DNA of 64,000 nt from Candidatus Nomurabacteria bacterium (GTDB lineage: Bacteria; Patescibacteriota; Dojkabacteria; SC72; JAHDCA01): positions 377,900 to 441,899 of the forward strand of contig JACKFQ010000001.1 in the NCBI GenBank assembly GCA_020632395.1, read 5' to 3'. The notes under the pieces are model-generated. The model searched no databases, was not told the DNA's origin, and saw nothing but the letters and a program-made list of their open reading frames with translations. The first letter of the stretch is position 1; each line of letters opens with the position of its first letter. Both the position numbers and the translations under genes were made by a program. Below, in pieces: positions 20,616 to 29,793 of this stretch.

Positions 20616-21447
20616 TGATGCGGATCGCTTGGTTTAGGGAGATCCTCCTAGGTGTCAAAGTCTTCTGATCGTCTGTTGTTGGTGTTTTTCTGCGAATATC
20701 CAATATATACGATATAGCCATAAAGCATCCTAAGATCACAAATCCATAAATATGATATCTATCCATGTTGATCAAGGGCTGTGACAAAAATGTATAGCTG
20801 ATGAACCAAATGTCTAATACAAGATAAAATAGTACCAAAACCCTGGACATCCTCCTGTACGGGTCGTGTCTATCTTTATAAAAGCGTTTTATTGAATGCA
20901 CCACGACCTGTATCACAAAAGAAAATATGAATACCAGAAACCCATTGAGGGTAACCCTACTGTCGCGAGCATATAGTCCATATAGAAGTAGTGCACTACC
21001 TAGTAGAAAATTCGCCGAGAACAGAACACTTCCCATCATTTCTCGCCATCTCCACTTCTTGATATATACCGTGTAAAAATACCCAAGTATCAGGTATGCA
21101 AGGAACATCGGTATAAATAGGAATCCACCATCCCATATACTAAACAATCTCCATGGCATCGCACGAAAAAGGTATATTTGCTCTCCATATCTTTCGTATG
21201 GTAGATAGAACCAATTCCACTGTGAAAACTGATCCCAACTGGTAATGATATAAGTCACTCGCCCCCATACCAACATCAGAAGCGTAGAGAAGAACCATTG
21301 ATCAAAAATCGAATTTCGGTTCTTTTTTGCCAGATCGGCTTCCCACCAAAAGATCATCATACCGACAAAATAAACAAGCCCAAGAAGTGGTACAAAGCTT
21401 ATGCTCGTAGGAATGAACGATAGTGAATTGTATAGGAATTCTTCCAT
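20593..21447 (-). CDS. lgt: Prolipoprotein diacylglyceryl transferase
   Basis: LGLVYFVGM, LVWGRVTYI (GR box) and LFSIWDGG (WDGG box) match Lgt signature regions; 284 aa polytopic. Confidence 0.7.
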   Translation of the reverse strand: MEEFLYNSLSFIPTSISFVPLLGLVYFVGMMIFWWEADLAKKNRNSIFDQWFFSTLLMLVWGRVTYIITSWDQFSQWNWFYLPYERYGEQIYLFRAMPWRLFSIWDGGFLFIPMFLAYLILGYFYTVYIKKWRWREMMGSVLFSANFLLGSALLLYGLYARDSRVTLNGFLVFIFSFVIQVVVHSIKRFYKDRHDPYRRMSRVLVLFYLVLDIWFISYTFLSQPLINMDRYHIYGFVILGCFMAISYILDIRRKTPTTDDQKTLTPRRISLNQAIRISDKKDQN

Positions 21448-21455
21448 ATTTTGAT

Positions 21456-22739
21456 CTATTTAGATCGTTTTTTCTTCTTTCTTTTCTTCTTGTTCTTCTT
21501 GGAATTTTTAGATCTAGTAGATCGATCAACCTGTGCTGAATTTCTATCTCCGGAAGTTATCTGCTCTTTGCTAACTTCTACTGTTTCATCAGATCCAGCA
21601 GTATTAATATCTTTCATATCAAGACCCCCTACTTCATCATCATTAGTCAGACTATCTGTACCCGAATCCTCCATAACTTCATTATCCAAAATACCATCTT
21701 CTCTACTCTCGCCTGCATCGATAGACTCGTCAACCTGATCTACACTGTCGCTTACCATGTCCTCATCGGTAACATCACCAACTTCTGTAGACGCCTCATC
21801 TTCCATATCCGAGATCATATCCTCCAAATCACTCTCTACTCTTTCTACAGTATCTTCATTATCAGATTCATCCTGAAGAACTTCATCAATAACCTCTTCG
21901 ATATCAGCCATCTCTTTTTCGAGTTCTTCATCAGTTAACTCAGATATCTTTTCTGTAAAATCGCCACTTTCTTCATCAATAATAGTTTCGGGAAGTTTCT
22001 GTTCTTCAGTTTCGGAACTGTTCTTATCTTTGATACTGTTGTCCTTCCGATCGCTCTTGGAAGGTTTGATCGATGCAACTATGTTGACCACAAAGTCATT
22101 TACTGCTTTTCCAAGTGACATGACCCCATGCATAACAATATTTCCTAATCTCACAGTCACTCCAGTTGCTGTCTTATATCTAGTCCCTTCTTGTTCTACC
22201 TTAAATCTGATCTCCTGACGAGATTGCTCAACTCTCTGTCGAATGACCTCTTTAGAGATACCTTCCTCTTCTGGTAGTGGATGAAGTACTTTTTCCTTAC
22301 AATATGGACAGAAATTCCATTTACGATCCAACATCATCTCACAACCTTTACATTTCACTTTCAATTCGTATGAGCATGATGGACATATATTGAACCCGGG
22401 ACTTAGCTGGTCCCCACATTGCGGACAATCTCCGAGCTCAGAGGTTTCATAGAGGAGGTAACGTCTTTCTAGGTCGCCCCAATAGACATTCTCTATAGTT
22501 TCTTTTGGCCTTAGGATGAGATAGATTATCAAACCCACTACGTTAAAGGGTGCAACCAATAAAACACTAAAGATCCTAAAAAGTATGTTCCGAGTTCTCT
22601 CTCCTGAATCGATCCAAACCCAGACAGCGATAAAAAACCAGATAACCACAAGACTAGCAAGGAAAGATCGGATCAAGATATTGAAATCAAAATTACCCAC
22701 ACCTTCAAGCATATCTAGCAAAGTACTCTCAAAATCCAT
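21456..22739 (-). CDS. Membrane protein with zinc-ribbon (CPQC...CPSC...CKGC...CPYC), about 150-aa hyperacidic segment and poly-Lys C-terminal tail
   Basis: Two N-terminal TM helices; four CxxC pairs; D/E-rich low complexity; tail KKNKKKRKKKKRSK. Confidence 0.55.
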   Translation of the reverse strand: MDFESTLLDMLEGVGNFDFNILIRSFLASLVVIWFFIAVWVWIDSGERTRNILFRIFSVLLVAPFNVVGLIIYLILRPKETIENVYWGDLERRYLLYETSELGDCPQCGDQLSPGFNICPSCSYELKVKCKGCEMMLDRKWNFCPYCKEKVLHPLPEEEGISKEVIRQRVEQSRQEIRFKVEQEGTRYKTATGVTVRLGNIVMHGVMSLGKAVNDFVVNIVASIKPSKSDRKDNSIKDKNSSETEEQKLPETIIDEESGDFTEKISELTDEELEKEMADIEEVIDEVLQDESDNEDTVERVESDLEDMISDMEDEASTEVGDVTDEDMVSDSVDQVDESIDAGESREDGILDNEVMEDSGTDSLTNDDEVGGLDMKDINTAGSDETVEVSKEQITSGDRNSAQVDRSTRSKNSKKNKKKRKKKKRSK

Positions 22740-22786
22740 AATCTTTGGTATAAGTTTAATTCCTGTAGATCGAAAAGACCGTTAAT

Positions 22787-22873
22787 TGGTGGTCGAGGAG
22801 GGAATCGAACCCTCACGCTATTGCTAGCACGGGATTTTGAGTCCCGCGTGTCTGCCAGTTCCACCACTCGACC
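22787..22873 (-). tRNA. tRNA-Leu (anticodon CAA), class II with long variable arm, CCA encoded
   Basis: Manual cloverleaf: acceptor GGTCGAG/CTCGACC, anticodon stem CGGGA/TCCCG with loop CTCAAAA, variable stem GCTA/TAGC, T-arm GAGGG-TTCGATT-CCCTC. Confidence 0.85.
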
Positions 22874-22998
22874 AAGCTAGAATATGATATCGCAGAAACG
22901 CCTATAAGACAAGAAGATTAGCCAGTATTGGATAATATCCACTAAGAAAAGTAACAGAAGGATATTTGAACTATCTCTGAAGTACAGAGGATGAGTCC

Positions 22999-24312
22999 TT
23001 ATGAATCTTTGTATATATTCCTAAAACTTGCGATATCACCAACCCAAGCCAATTCAACTATTCCGGTTGGTCCATTTCTGTGTTTTGCAACATAAAGGTC
23101 GGCAACATTCTTTCTGTCCGTATCAGGATTATATGTTTCCTCCCTGTCGATGAACATCACAATATCAGCGTCTTGCTCTATTGAACCTGACTCTCGCAGA
23201 TCGGAAAGTTGTGGTCGGCGATTTGTACGGCTTTCGATAGCACGAGAAAGCTGTGAGAGTGCTACTACTGGCACTTCCAATTCACGAGCAATATTTTTTA
23301 GTCCTTGAGATATCTGTGATACTTCTTGTGTTCTTCCCTCACTACTATCAGCATGCATTAGTTGTAGATAATCTACAAAGATTATATCAACACCCCTCTC
23401 AAGAGCCATGCGCCTAGCTTTAGTACGTATCTCATTTATACTCTGCCCTGGTTTATCATCAATGTATATCTCGGCTTCAGAAAGCTCCCCCATCGAATCC
23501 GCAAGTTTCATAAATTTCTCATCATTCAATCTTCCTGTTCGGATCTCCCAAAACGGTATACCAGCCTGCATACCAGTCAATCTATCGATTATCTGCGTAT
23601 TACCCATTTCTAGAGAGAAATACAGCACCTTCTTTTTCTCATACACACCTGCTGCCCGCAGAAAATCCAATGATAACGATGTTTTTCCTACTGATGGTCT
23701 GGCGGCCAGTATGATCAGATCGGATTTCTGGAACCCTCCCAGCAGTTTATCAAGCTCTTTAAATCCGGTAGATATACCTAAACCTGCAGAATTCTCATCT
23801 GCTCTCTCAGCTCTCTCATATGCTTCTTTGAGTAGATCCTTGATGTGAACAAAATTTGTTGAGACACCCTGTTGAGCTACACCAAAGAGTAACTGCTCAC
23901 TTTTATCCACAACCTGCTGAACATCTATCTGCTCATCAAATGACAGTTCAGTGATCTTTGCAGCTGAGCTGATCAGTTTCCTCCTCAAGGCGGCTCCTCT
24001 CACTATCAGAGCATAATCCTCCGCATGGGCTGATGTTGGCACAAAACTCACAAGATCAGCAAGATATGAACGTCCTCCTATCCTCTTTAACGCCTTTTTG
24101 GCCTTGAGCTTATCAGAAACAGTAACAAGATCGATCGGTTGACCCTCTTCGAACAGCGACATCAATGATTCATAGATAGTTGCATGTCTTGGTTCGTAAA
24201 AGTATTCGGAACGAAGCACTCCTGCGACATTTATGACAGCATCTTTATCTAAAAGCATCGAGCCTAGAACTGACTTTTCTGCATCGATATTTTGTGGTGG
24301 TATCCTATCCAT
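22999..24312 (-). CDS. dnaB: Replicative DNA helicase DnaB
   Basis: N-terminal DnaB domain (PPQNIDAEKSVLGSML), Walker A ARPSVGKTS, RecA-like C-domain. Confidence 0.95.
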   Translation of the reverse strand: MDRIPPQNIDAEKSVLGSMLLDKDAVINVAGVLRSEYFYEPRHATIYESLMSLFEEGQPIDLVTVSDKLKAKKALKRIGGRSYLADLVSFVPTSAHAEDYALIVRGAALRRKLISSAAKITELSFDEQIDVQQVVDKSEQLLFGVAQQGVSTNFVHIKDLLKEAYERAERADENSAGLGISTGFKELDKLLGGFQKSDLIILAARPSVGKTSLSLDFLRAAGVYEKKKVLYFSLEMGNTQIIDRLTGMQAGIPFWEIRTGRLNDEKFMKLADSMGELSEAEIYIDDKPGQSINEIRTKARRMALERGVDIIFVDYLQLMHADSSEGRTQEVSQISQGLKNIARELEVPVVALSQLSRAIESRTNRRPQLSDLRESGSIEQDADIVMFIDREETYNPDTDRKNVADLYVAKHRNGPTGIVELAWVGDIASFRNIYKDS

Positions 24313-24331
24313 ACTCTACTATCTTGCTTAA

Positions 24332-24414
24332 CCTATCCTTAATTATATCTAAAGCTCTTCTGAATTATGTGAAGCTACCCTTAATTATATACGAAGCTAT
24401 CCTTGATTATATCT
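24332..24414. repeat. Three direct CTA(T/C)CCTT(A/G)ATTATAT repeats in dnaB upstream region, starts spaced 44 and 22 nt
   Basis: Read directly at 24332, 24376, 24398; helically phased; TATCC core resembles a weak DnaA-box half. Confidence 0.5.
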
Positions 24415-24451
24415 AATGCTGTCCAACCCTTCCAAATCATTAAATACAAGT

Positions 24452-25099
24452 TCAATCAAGTACCACTATTTCTATCACCTTACTCTCCTGCTCAGTTCCC
24501 GATGAGAGAACGAACTTATTATCATTTGTCACATGGGTATATCCAAACTGTTTGATGAATTCATCAACTCCCTTCAAGGAAGCAAAGTCCCCCTTGAGTC
24601 CACTCTCTTTATATCCGCAAGGTATCATATATGTCGGGTCGACCTTACTGATGATCTTCTCTAATTTATCAAAATTTGGAAACACCTCTGCATCACCGAC
24701 TGGTAGGATCAGAAGGTCAACATCCCCAAGATCTGCAAACTGTTCTACTGCTATAGATTTAGATATCTCACCCACATAAACTACTCGTACATCTTTCTCA
24801 TCTAAGATATAGAAGTCTGTTCCTTGTGGACGTCTGATCAGCACCCCTCCGAGTTCATATTCTCCAGGGCTTGTGATCTCATGCAATGACTCTCTCTTTT
24901 TGGGTTCTATCTTCTTGTAACCGGAATCCTCTATCACACTATGTGATCCGATGTATTTCTCTCCTGTGAATAGGACAACCTCTCCCGTAGTCTTTCCTAT
25001 AGTCACTCCGGCTTCCTCGGAAAGTAACGGATCGGTGATGATATCTATCTCTTCACAACTAAATCTAAATGTTATGAATCCTAATTTCTTGATCTTCAT
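24452..25099 (-). CDS. Hypothetical protein, possibly degenerate MBL-fold (Lactamase_B_3/UPF0173-like) lacking the His ligands
   Basis: N-terminus MKIKKLGFITF...IDIITDPLL mimics the UPF0173 start, but no HxHxDH motif. Confidence 0.4.
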   Translation of the reverse strand: MKIKKLGFITFRFSCEEIDIITDPLLSEEAGVTIGKTTGEVVLFTGEKYIGSHSVIEDSGYKKIEPKKRESLHEITSPGEYELGGVLIRRPQGTDFYILDEKDVRVVYVGEISKSIAVEQFADLGDVDLLILPVGDAEVFPNFDKLEKIISKVDPTYMIPCGYKESGLKGDFASLKGVDEFIKQFGYTHVTNDNKFVLSSGTEQESKVIEIVVLD

Positions 25100-25245
25100 G
25101 GTGATATTCGATTACATTAAGTATCTGAAGTACTCCATCAGAGTTCAGCGTATTCTACACCATACAGAGAAGCGTCTGAAGTGTATCTTCTCCAGAAGGA
25201 TATATTGATCGATAGTTCTCGGACAGTATCTGACACATAAATCGC

Positions 25246-25473
25246 TTATTTAAGCAGACTAACTGCTTCGTCGAGGTTTGAAAGTATGCTTTGCCTCACC
25301 TGCTCTTTGACAAGCTCCAGCTTAACACTCTCTAGTGAAGACATCACAGCCTGTATCTGGGGGATAACTTTCTCGTTCGGTTCTTCGTTTTGCAAAAGCT
25401 TTTCTACCCCTCTGATCTGTCCTTCTATCCTATGTAATCTATCAATCATTGACGAGGGTCCTTTTCTTGGCAT
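25246..25473 (-). CDS. CsoR/RcnR/FrmR-family (DUF156) small regulator without Cys ligands
   Basis: RLHRIEGQIRGVEKLL matches the family N-terminal helix; no cysteine in sequence. Confidence 0.55.
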   Translation of the reverse strand: MPRKGPSSMIDRLHRIEGQIRGVEKLLQNEEPNEKVIPQIQAVMSSLESVKLELVKEQVRQSILSNLDEAVSLLK

Positions 25474-25665
25474 CGAATTTTAAAGTAACAGCTTATTTAT
25501 AACCATTGTAATACCCCTGGGGGTATAGGTCAAACCCAAGTTATTAAGGTGAAGCCTGGATCACTACAAAGTAGTTTTCCGTTAGATCACGTATTCATAG
25601 TGAGGGGTCTTAAGTGGTTCTAAACTGGGCTATTAGCTGTGCAATAAAGGAACTACCAGCACCAC

Positions 25666-25697
25666 ACCTCCCCGACTATAAGTTAGCGGGACAGGTG
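25666..25697. repeat. Conserved motif CACCT-NN-CCCGACTATAAGTTAGCGGGA (copy 1), 45 nt upstream of rpmE; copy 2 is at 63631-63658
   Basis: 21-nt identical core at two loci 38 kb apart; copy 1 flanked by CACCT/AGGTG inverted repeat. Confidence 0.5.
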
Positions 25698-25735
25698 TTG
25701 TATGGGTCATACCTATCTGTTATAATCACCCCGTC

Positions 25736-26065
25736 ATGAAAAAAGATATCCATCCCAAGTACAACCACAACGTAAAAGTGACTTGCTCCTGCGGTAATAC
25801 ATTTGTTACCGGTTCTATACTGGATGAGATCACGACCGAGCTATGCTCCAAATGTCATCCCTTTTTCACCGGTGAGCAAAAGATCGTTGATACAGACAAC
25901 TTGGTTGCCAAGTTTGAAGAGAAACGAAGCAAAGCCCAAGACTCGTTCAGGTCAAAGAGACAAAAAATGCAGGAAAGAAAGAACAAACTTCAAAAACTCG
26001 ACGAGAAGAGCTCAGCATCTGCAGGTCTCACACTACGAGATATGTTGGAGAATATTGGCAAGTAG
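25736..26065 (+). CDS. rpmE: 50S ribosomal protein L31 with about 40-aa basic C-terminal extension
   Basis: MKKDIHPKY...CSCGN...[10 protein letters not shown] zinc-ribbon signature. Confidence 0.85.
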   Translation: MKKDIHPKYNHNVKVTCSCGNTFVTGSILDEITTELCSKCHPFFTGEQKIVDTDNLVAKFEEKRSKAQDSFRSKRQKMQERKNKLQKLDEKSSASAGLTLRDMLENIGK

Positions 26066-26099
26066 ATCCTTTTACCGTTCATTTCACTTCTCAACCTAA

Positions 26100-27239
26100 T
26101 TGAGGACGATTTTGATGCTTGATATTCCCTATTTACAAAATAACTATCAACTTGCCCCACTTACCCAGCAAAAAAAAGAGCTGGAGGATCGAATGGCTGT
26201 AGCACACCAGACCGGTGATGATATGTCGTTCCTTTCTTCTGAACTCAACTATCTATCAAATAGACATAAATTGTATACACAGTTGAATTCACTGATCGAG
26301 CAGTACAAACAAGCAGAGCAGTTAGAAACATCCGAAGATGCAGAACTACAAGAATTGGCTATAGCAGAACTCCGATCCATCCCAGAAATGATCAATGGCA
26401 TAGTGGAACAGATCGATGAGATAGAAATTGCAAAGGAACTAGCCGACCCTGATGACAGTCGATCGGTCATCATAGAGATCAGAGCTGGTGCAGGAGGAGA
26501 AGAAGCATCGCTTTTTGGTGCAGATCTTTTCAGGATGTATACAAACTATGCAACCTCCCAAGGATGGAGTGTTGAACTCATTGACGCTAGTCTAAGTGAA
26601 TCAGGAGGATATAAAGAGGTCGTAGGACATATAAAAGGAGAAGGAGTTTATGAGAAATTAAAGTACGAAAGCGGTGTCCATAGAGTACAACGTATACCAG
26701 TAACTGAATCAGGTGGAAGGATCCATACATCGACAGCATCCGTTGCAATATTACCAGAAGCAAAAGAGATCGAGATCGACATCAAGCCCGAAGACCTAAA
26801 GATCGAGATCATGCGAGCATCCGGAGCAGGAGGACAGAAGGTAAATAAAACATCTTCTGCTATTCGTATAACTCATTTGCCATCAGGCATCGTTGTAAGT
26901 TGTCAGGAAACAAAGGTTCAAGCTCAGAACAAGGAAAAGGCTATGCAGATACTCAATGCGAGACTATACGAACAGAAGAGGCAAGAGATGCAGGATGAGC
27001 GTTCGGGGATGCGCAGTTCACAGATCGGTGGTGCAAAAAGATCGGAGAAGATCCGTACATACAATTACCCCCAGAGTCGTATCACTGACCACAGGATCAA
27101 AACATCATGGCATGACCTAGAAGGCATCCTGAACGGCAATATCGACGAGATGCTTGAAGACCTACATAGAGAGATAACTTCGCTTCAATTATTGGAGATA
27201 AAGAAGCAAAGGATAAAAGAACAGGGAAAGTCGAATTAA
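26100..27239 (+). CDS. prfA: Peptide chain release factor 1
   Basis: GGQKVNKTSSAIRITHLPSGIVV (GGQ motif), PxT-region; followed by prmC. Confidence 0.95.
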   Translation: MRTILMLDIPYLQNNYQLAPLTQQKKELEDRMAVAHQTGDDMSFLSSELNYLSNRHKLYTQLNSLIEQYKQAEQLETSEDAELQELAIAELRSIPEMINGIVEQIDEIEIAKELADPDDSRSVIIEIRAGAGGEEASLFGADLFRMYTNYATSQGWSVELIDASLSESGGYKEVVGHIKGEGVYEKLKYESGVHRVQRIPVTESGGRIHTSTASVAILPEAKEIEIDIKPEDLKIEIMRASGAGGQKVNKTSSAIRITHLPSGIVVSCQETKVQAQNKEKAMQILNARLYEQKRQEMQDERSGMRSSQIGGAKRSEKIRTYNYPQSRITDHRIKTSWHDLEGILNGNIDEMLEDLHREITSLQLLEIKKQRIKEQGKSN

Positions 27240-27273
27240 TGTAAAAATTGATCTGAACTGATCTTGCAATCTT

Positions 27274-28173
27274 ATGATAGATATTCCTCCATCTAAAAAG
27301 AGTACCTCACCAGTGAACGACCTACACTCTATCATCAAACTACTATCAGATATCGATTATCCTGATCCTATACGGGTTGGCAAGGTGATACACCGTTACA
27401 TTGAGAATTATCCACATTTAGAAACAGAGGTTCTTGCAAGACTACGAAGTGATGAACCTTATGAAAAGATCGTCGGATCAGCTGAATTCTCAGGGCTTGA
27501 ATTTGCCGTGAATAAAGATGTACTTATTCCACGTTCAGAATCTGAGGTCTTAGTTGAACACGCACTGGTAGATCTGCTTCATCTTCATCCAAAACCACCA
27601 CACCCAACTATATGTATAGATGTGGGTACAGGAAGTGGTAACCTCATCATCACTATGGCAAAAAGATATATTGAGGAAACTTCTGACCAGCATCAAAAAT
27701 TTAATAATGACCCTCTGTTGAACTTTTTGGGAGTCGATATTAGCAACGAAGCTCTTGATGTAGCACTTTCAAATGCATCAACCATATTTGAAGGTGAAGG
27801 TATTGTCAATTTCGCAGAGAGTGACCTTTTAGAAGATGTTTCTTTTGACCCATCAGCTCAGCTTATCATCATGGCTAACCTACCCTATGTGACAGAGAGT
27901 GAATTTCCAGATCTCGATCCCTCTGTCAGGAATTTCGACCCCAAAATATCACTGGTTGGAGAAGATACAGATGGCTTGGGACACTATCGAAGATTACTGA
28001 TCCACCTCTCAGAATTGAATAATGATTGGATCGTACATTTTGAGATGGATCCTTCTCAGGTGACTGATCTGATCGGTTGGCTCTGGTTATCCGGGATCGC
28101 CGGTATATCAGTAGAAACTTATCATGATCAATACGAAAAGGTTCGATTTATTCGACTTGAAAAGCAGAAGTGA
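27274..28173 (+). CDS. prmC: Release factor glutamine N5-methyltransferase PrmC/HemK (catalytic motif reads NLPY instead of NPPY)
   Basis: SAM motif IDVGTGSGNL; IMANLPYV at the NPPY position; prfA-prmC synteny. Confidence 0.8.
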   Translation: MIDIPPSKKSTSPVNDLHSIIKLLSDIDYPDPIRVGKVIHRYIENYPHLETEVLARLRSDEPYEKIVGSAEFSGLEFAVNKDVLIPRSESEVLVEHALVDLLHLHPKPPHPTICIDVGTGSGNLIITMAKRYIEETSDQHQKFNNDPLLNFLGVDISNEALDVALSNASTIFEGEGIVNFAESDLLEDVSFDPSAQLIIMANLPYVTESEFPDLDPSVRNFDPKISLVGEDTDGLGHYRRLLIHLSELNNDWIVHFEMDPSQVTDLIGWLWLSGIAGISVETYHDQYEKVRFIRLEKQK

Positions 28174-28193
28174 ATTAGTTAATATCTACTGCA

Positions 28194-28754
28194 ATGATAC
28201 TATCCGACAGAACAATTAAAGAGAAGTTGAAAAGTGGTGAGATAGCGATCGAACCCTTTACACCTGAAAATCTCCAACCTGCTTCGTATGATCTGACATT
28301 AGGCACAAAAGCTTTGGTGTTCGATATCACCAACCATACAGAGATAGATGTCAAAAAACCAACCGAAGATCTCATGAGAGAATTAGACATCAATCAGTTT
28401 GGCTCTCTAGTGGTACATCCTGGTGAGTTCGTGCTTTCAAATGTTGCTGAAATTGTTGGAGTTGATGCCTCGCATGTAGCTCGGCTTGAAGGTAAAAGCT
28501 CTCTTGGTCGATTAGGACTTATCGTACATGCTACTGCTGGTTTCTTGGATCCAGGAAACAAACTACGCATGACACTAGAGATAAGTAACATCGGAGCACT
28601 TCCTGTGCGCCTATACCCAGGTATGAAGATTGCCCAGATCGCATTCGAACAGTTAGATCAACCTAGTGAGAAGCCCTACGGTTCAAAAGAACTAAACAGC
28701 AAGTACTTAGGTGATATGACTGTAAAAGCTAGCCAGATCCACAAGAATTTCTAA
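28194..28754 (+). CDS. dcd: dCTP deaminase
   Basis: MILSDRTIKEKL...ASYDLTLG N-terminus typical of Dcd; 186 aa. Confidence 0.9.
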   Translation: MILSDRTIKEKLKSGEIAIEPFTPENLQPASYDLTLGTKALVFDITNHTEIDVKKPTEDLMRELDINQFGSLVVHPGEFVLSNVAEIVGVDASHVARLEGKSSLGRLGLIVHATAGFLDPGNKLRMTLEISNIGALPVRLYPGMKIAQIAFEQLDQPSEKPYGSKELNSKYLGDMTVKASQIHKNF

Positions 28755-28773
28755 CCCACTACACTCCAAGATA

Positions 28774-29748
28774 TCAACCATTATTCACTTCATAATTTGT
28801 GTTGACAGTTTCAAAGAAATTTACCAGTTCTAATGTATCGTTTGCTGTACCCATCCATTTTGCGGGATTACCGACATTGAACTCAGTATCAAACCCAAGC
28901 TCTTCTAATCTCCTATCAGCGATATACTTCACATATTGCATCACATAATCAGCATTTAACCCGAGAATCCCGTTTGGAAGTAACTGCTCAGTGTACTTAG
29001 ATTCCAACTGAACCGCTTTGATTATCATTTCTCTAACTTCATCGGCAAACTCTTCTGTCACGATCTCTGGATGTTCTTCCAAGATCGTTAGTACTAGGTT
29101 TATACCGAATTTCAGATGGAGACTCTCATCCCTGACGATCCAATCCACAAGATTTGCGAAATTCTTCAGAAGATTCCTCTGTCTAAAGCTCAATCCCAGC
29201 ATAAATCCACTATAAAACCAGATACCTTCGGTAATGATATTAGTAGCAACGATATTTTTGACGAATGTTTGGATACCACTCTCAGAACTGATATCTATCT
29301 CCCCTCCTCTTAGTGCACTTACATGATCAAGCAGAAAATCCTCTTTTGCTTTCATACTAGGTAGATCTTCATGTAGAGAGAAAGCTCTTTTTCTATCGAT
29401 AGGAAATGTTTGTAGAACATACTCAAATGACATCGAATGATTAACCTCCTCCCACATCTGACGTGTCAGATACATCGTGACCTCAGGGGCTGACAGATAT
29501 GGCATCATACCCATGACAATTGACTGATTGACCCGAAATTCGGCAGGATTAAAAAATCCCATGAACAGTGTTACAGCCTCTCGTTCCTCATCTGACATAG
29601 TCCTCCAATCGGCGAGGTCTTCCATCAGAGGGACTTCGTGTGGAAACCATGTATTTGCGACAGCCTGCTCAAGAAGATCATATGCCCACTGATATTCGAT
29701 CTTATCAAGTTGGGGGTCTTGATGTAATTTTACTTTTTGTAACAGCAT
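28774..29748 (-). CDS. nrdB: Ribonucleotide reductase class I small (beta) subunit
   Basis: Ferritin-like di-iron motifs (EEVNHSMSFEY, ESLHL); 324 aa; directly downstream of nrdA. Confidence 0.9.
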   Translation of the reverse strand: MLLQKVKLHQDPQLDKIEYQWAYDLLEQAVANTWFPHEVPLMEDLADWRTMSDEEREAVTLFMGFFNPAEFRVNQSIVMGMMPYLSAPEVTMYLTRQMWEEVNHSMSFEYVLQTFPIDRKRAFSLHEDLPSMKAKEDFLLDHVSALRGGEIDISSESGIQTFVKNIVATNIITEGIWFYSGFMLGLSFRQRNLLKNFANLVDWIVRDESLHLKFGINLVLTILEEHPEIVTEEFADEVREMIIKAVQLESKYTEQLLPNGILGLNADYVMQYVKYIADRRLEELGFDTEFNVGNPAKWMGTANDTLELVNFFETVNTNYEVNNG

Positions 29749-29793
29749 AATATTCTCATAATAATTTAATTAGCTAATGATCTGTGAAAGACC

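Noticed and set aside
25474-25735. Known structured RNA (SRP RNA, RNase P RNA, tmRNA, riboswitch) in the 260-nt rpmE upstream region
   Set aside because: No match by eye to the SRP domain IV, P4 or tmRNA terminal signatures; left as an unexplained region pending a covariance-model scan.
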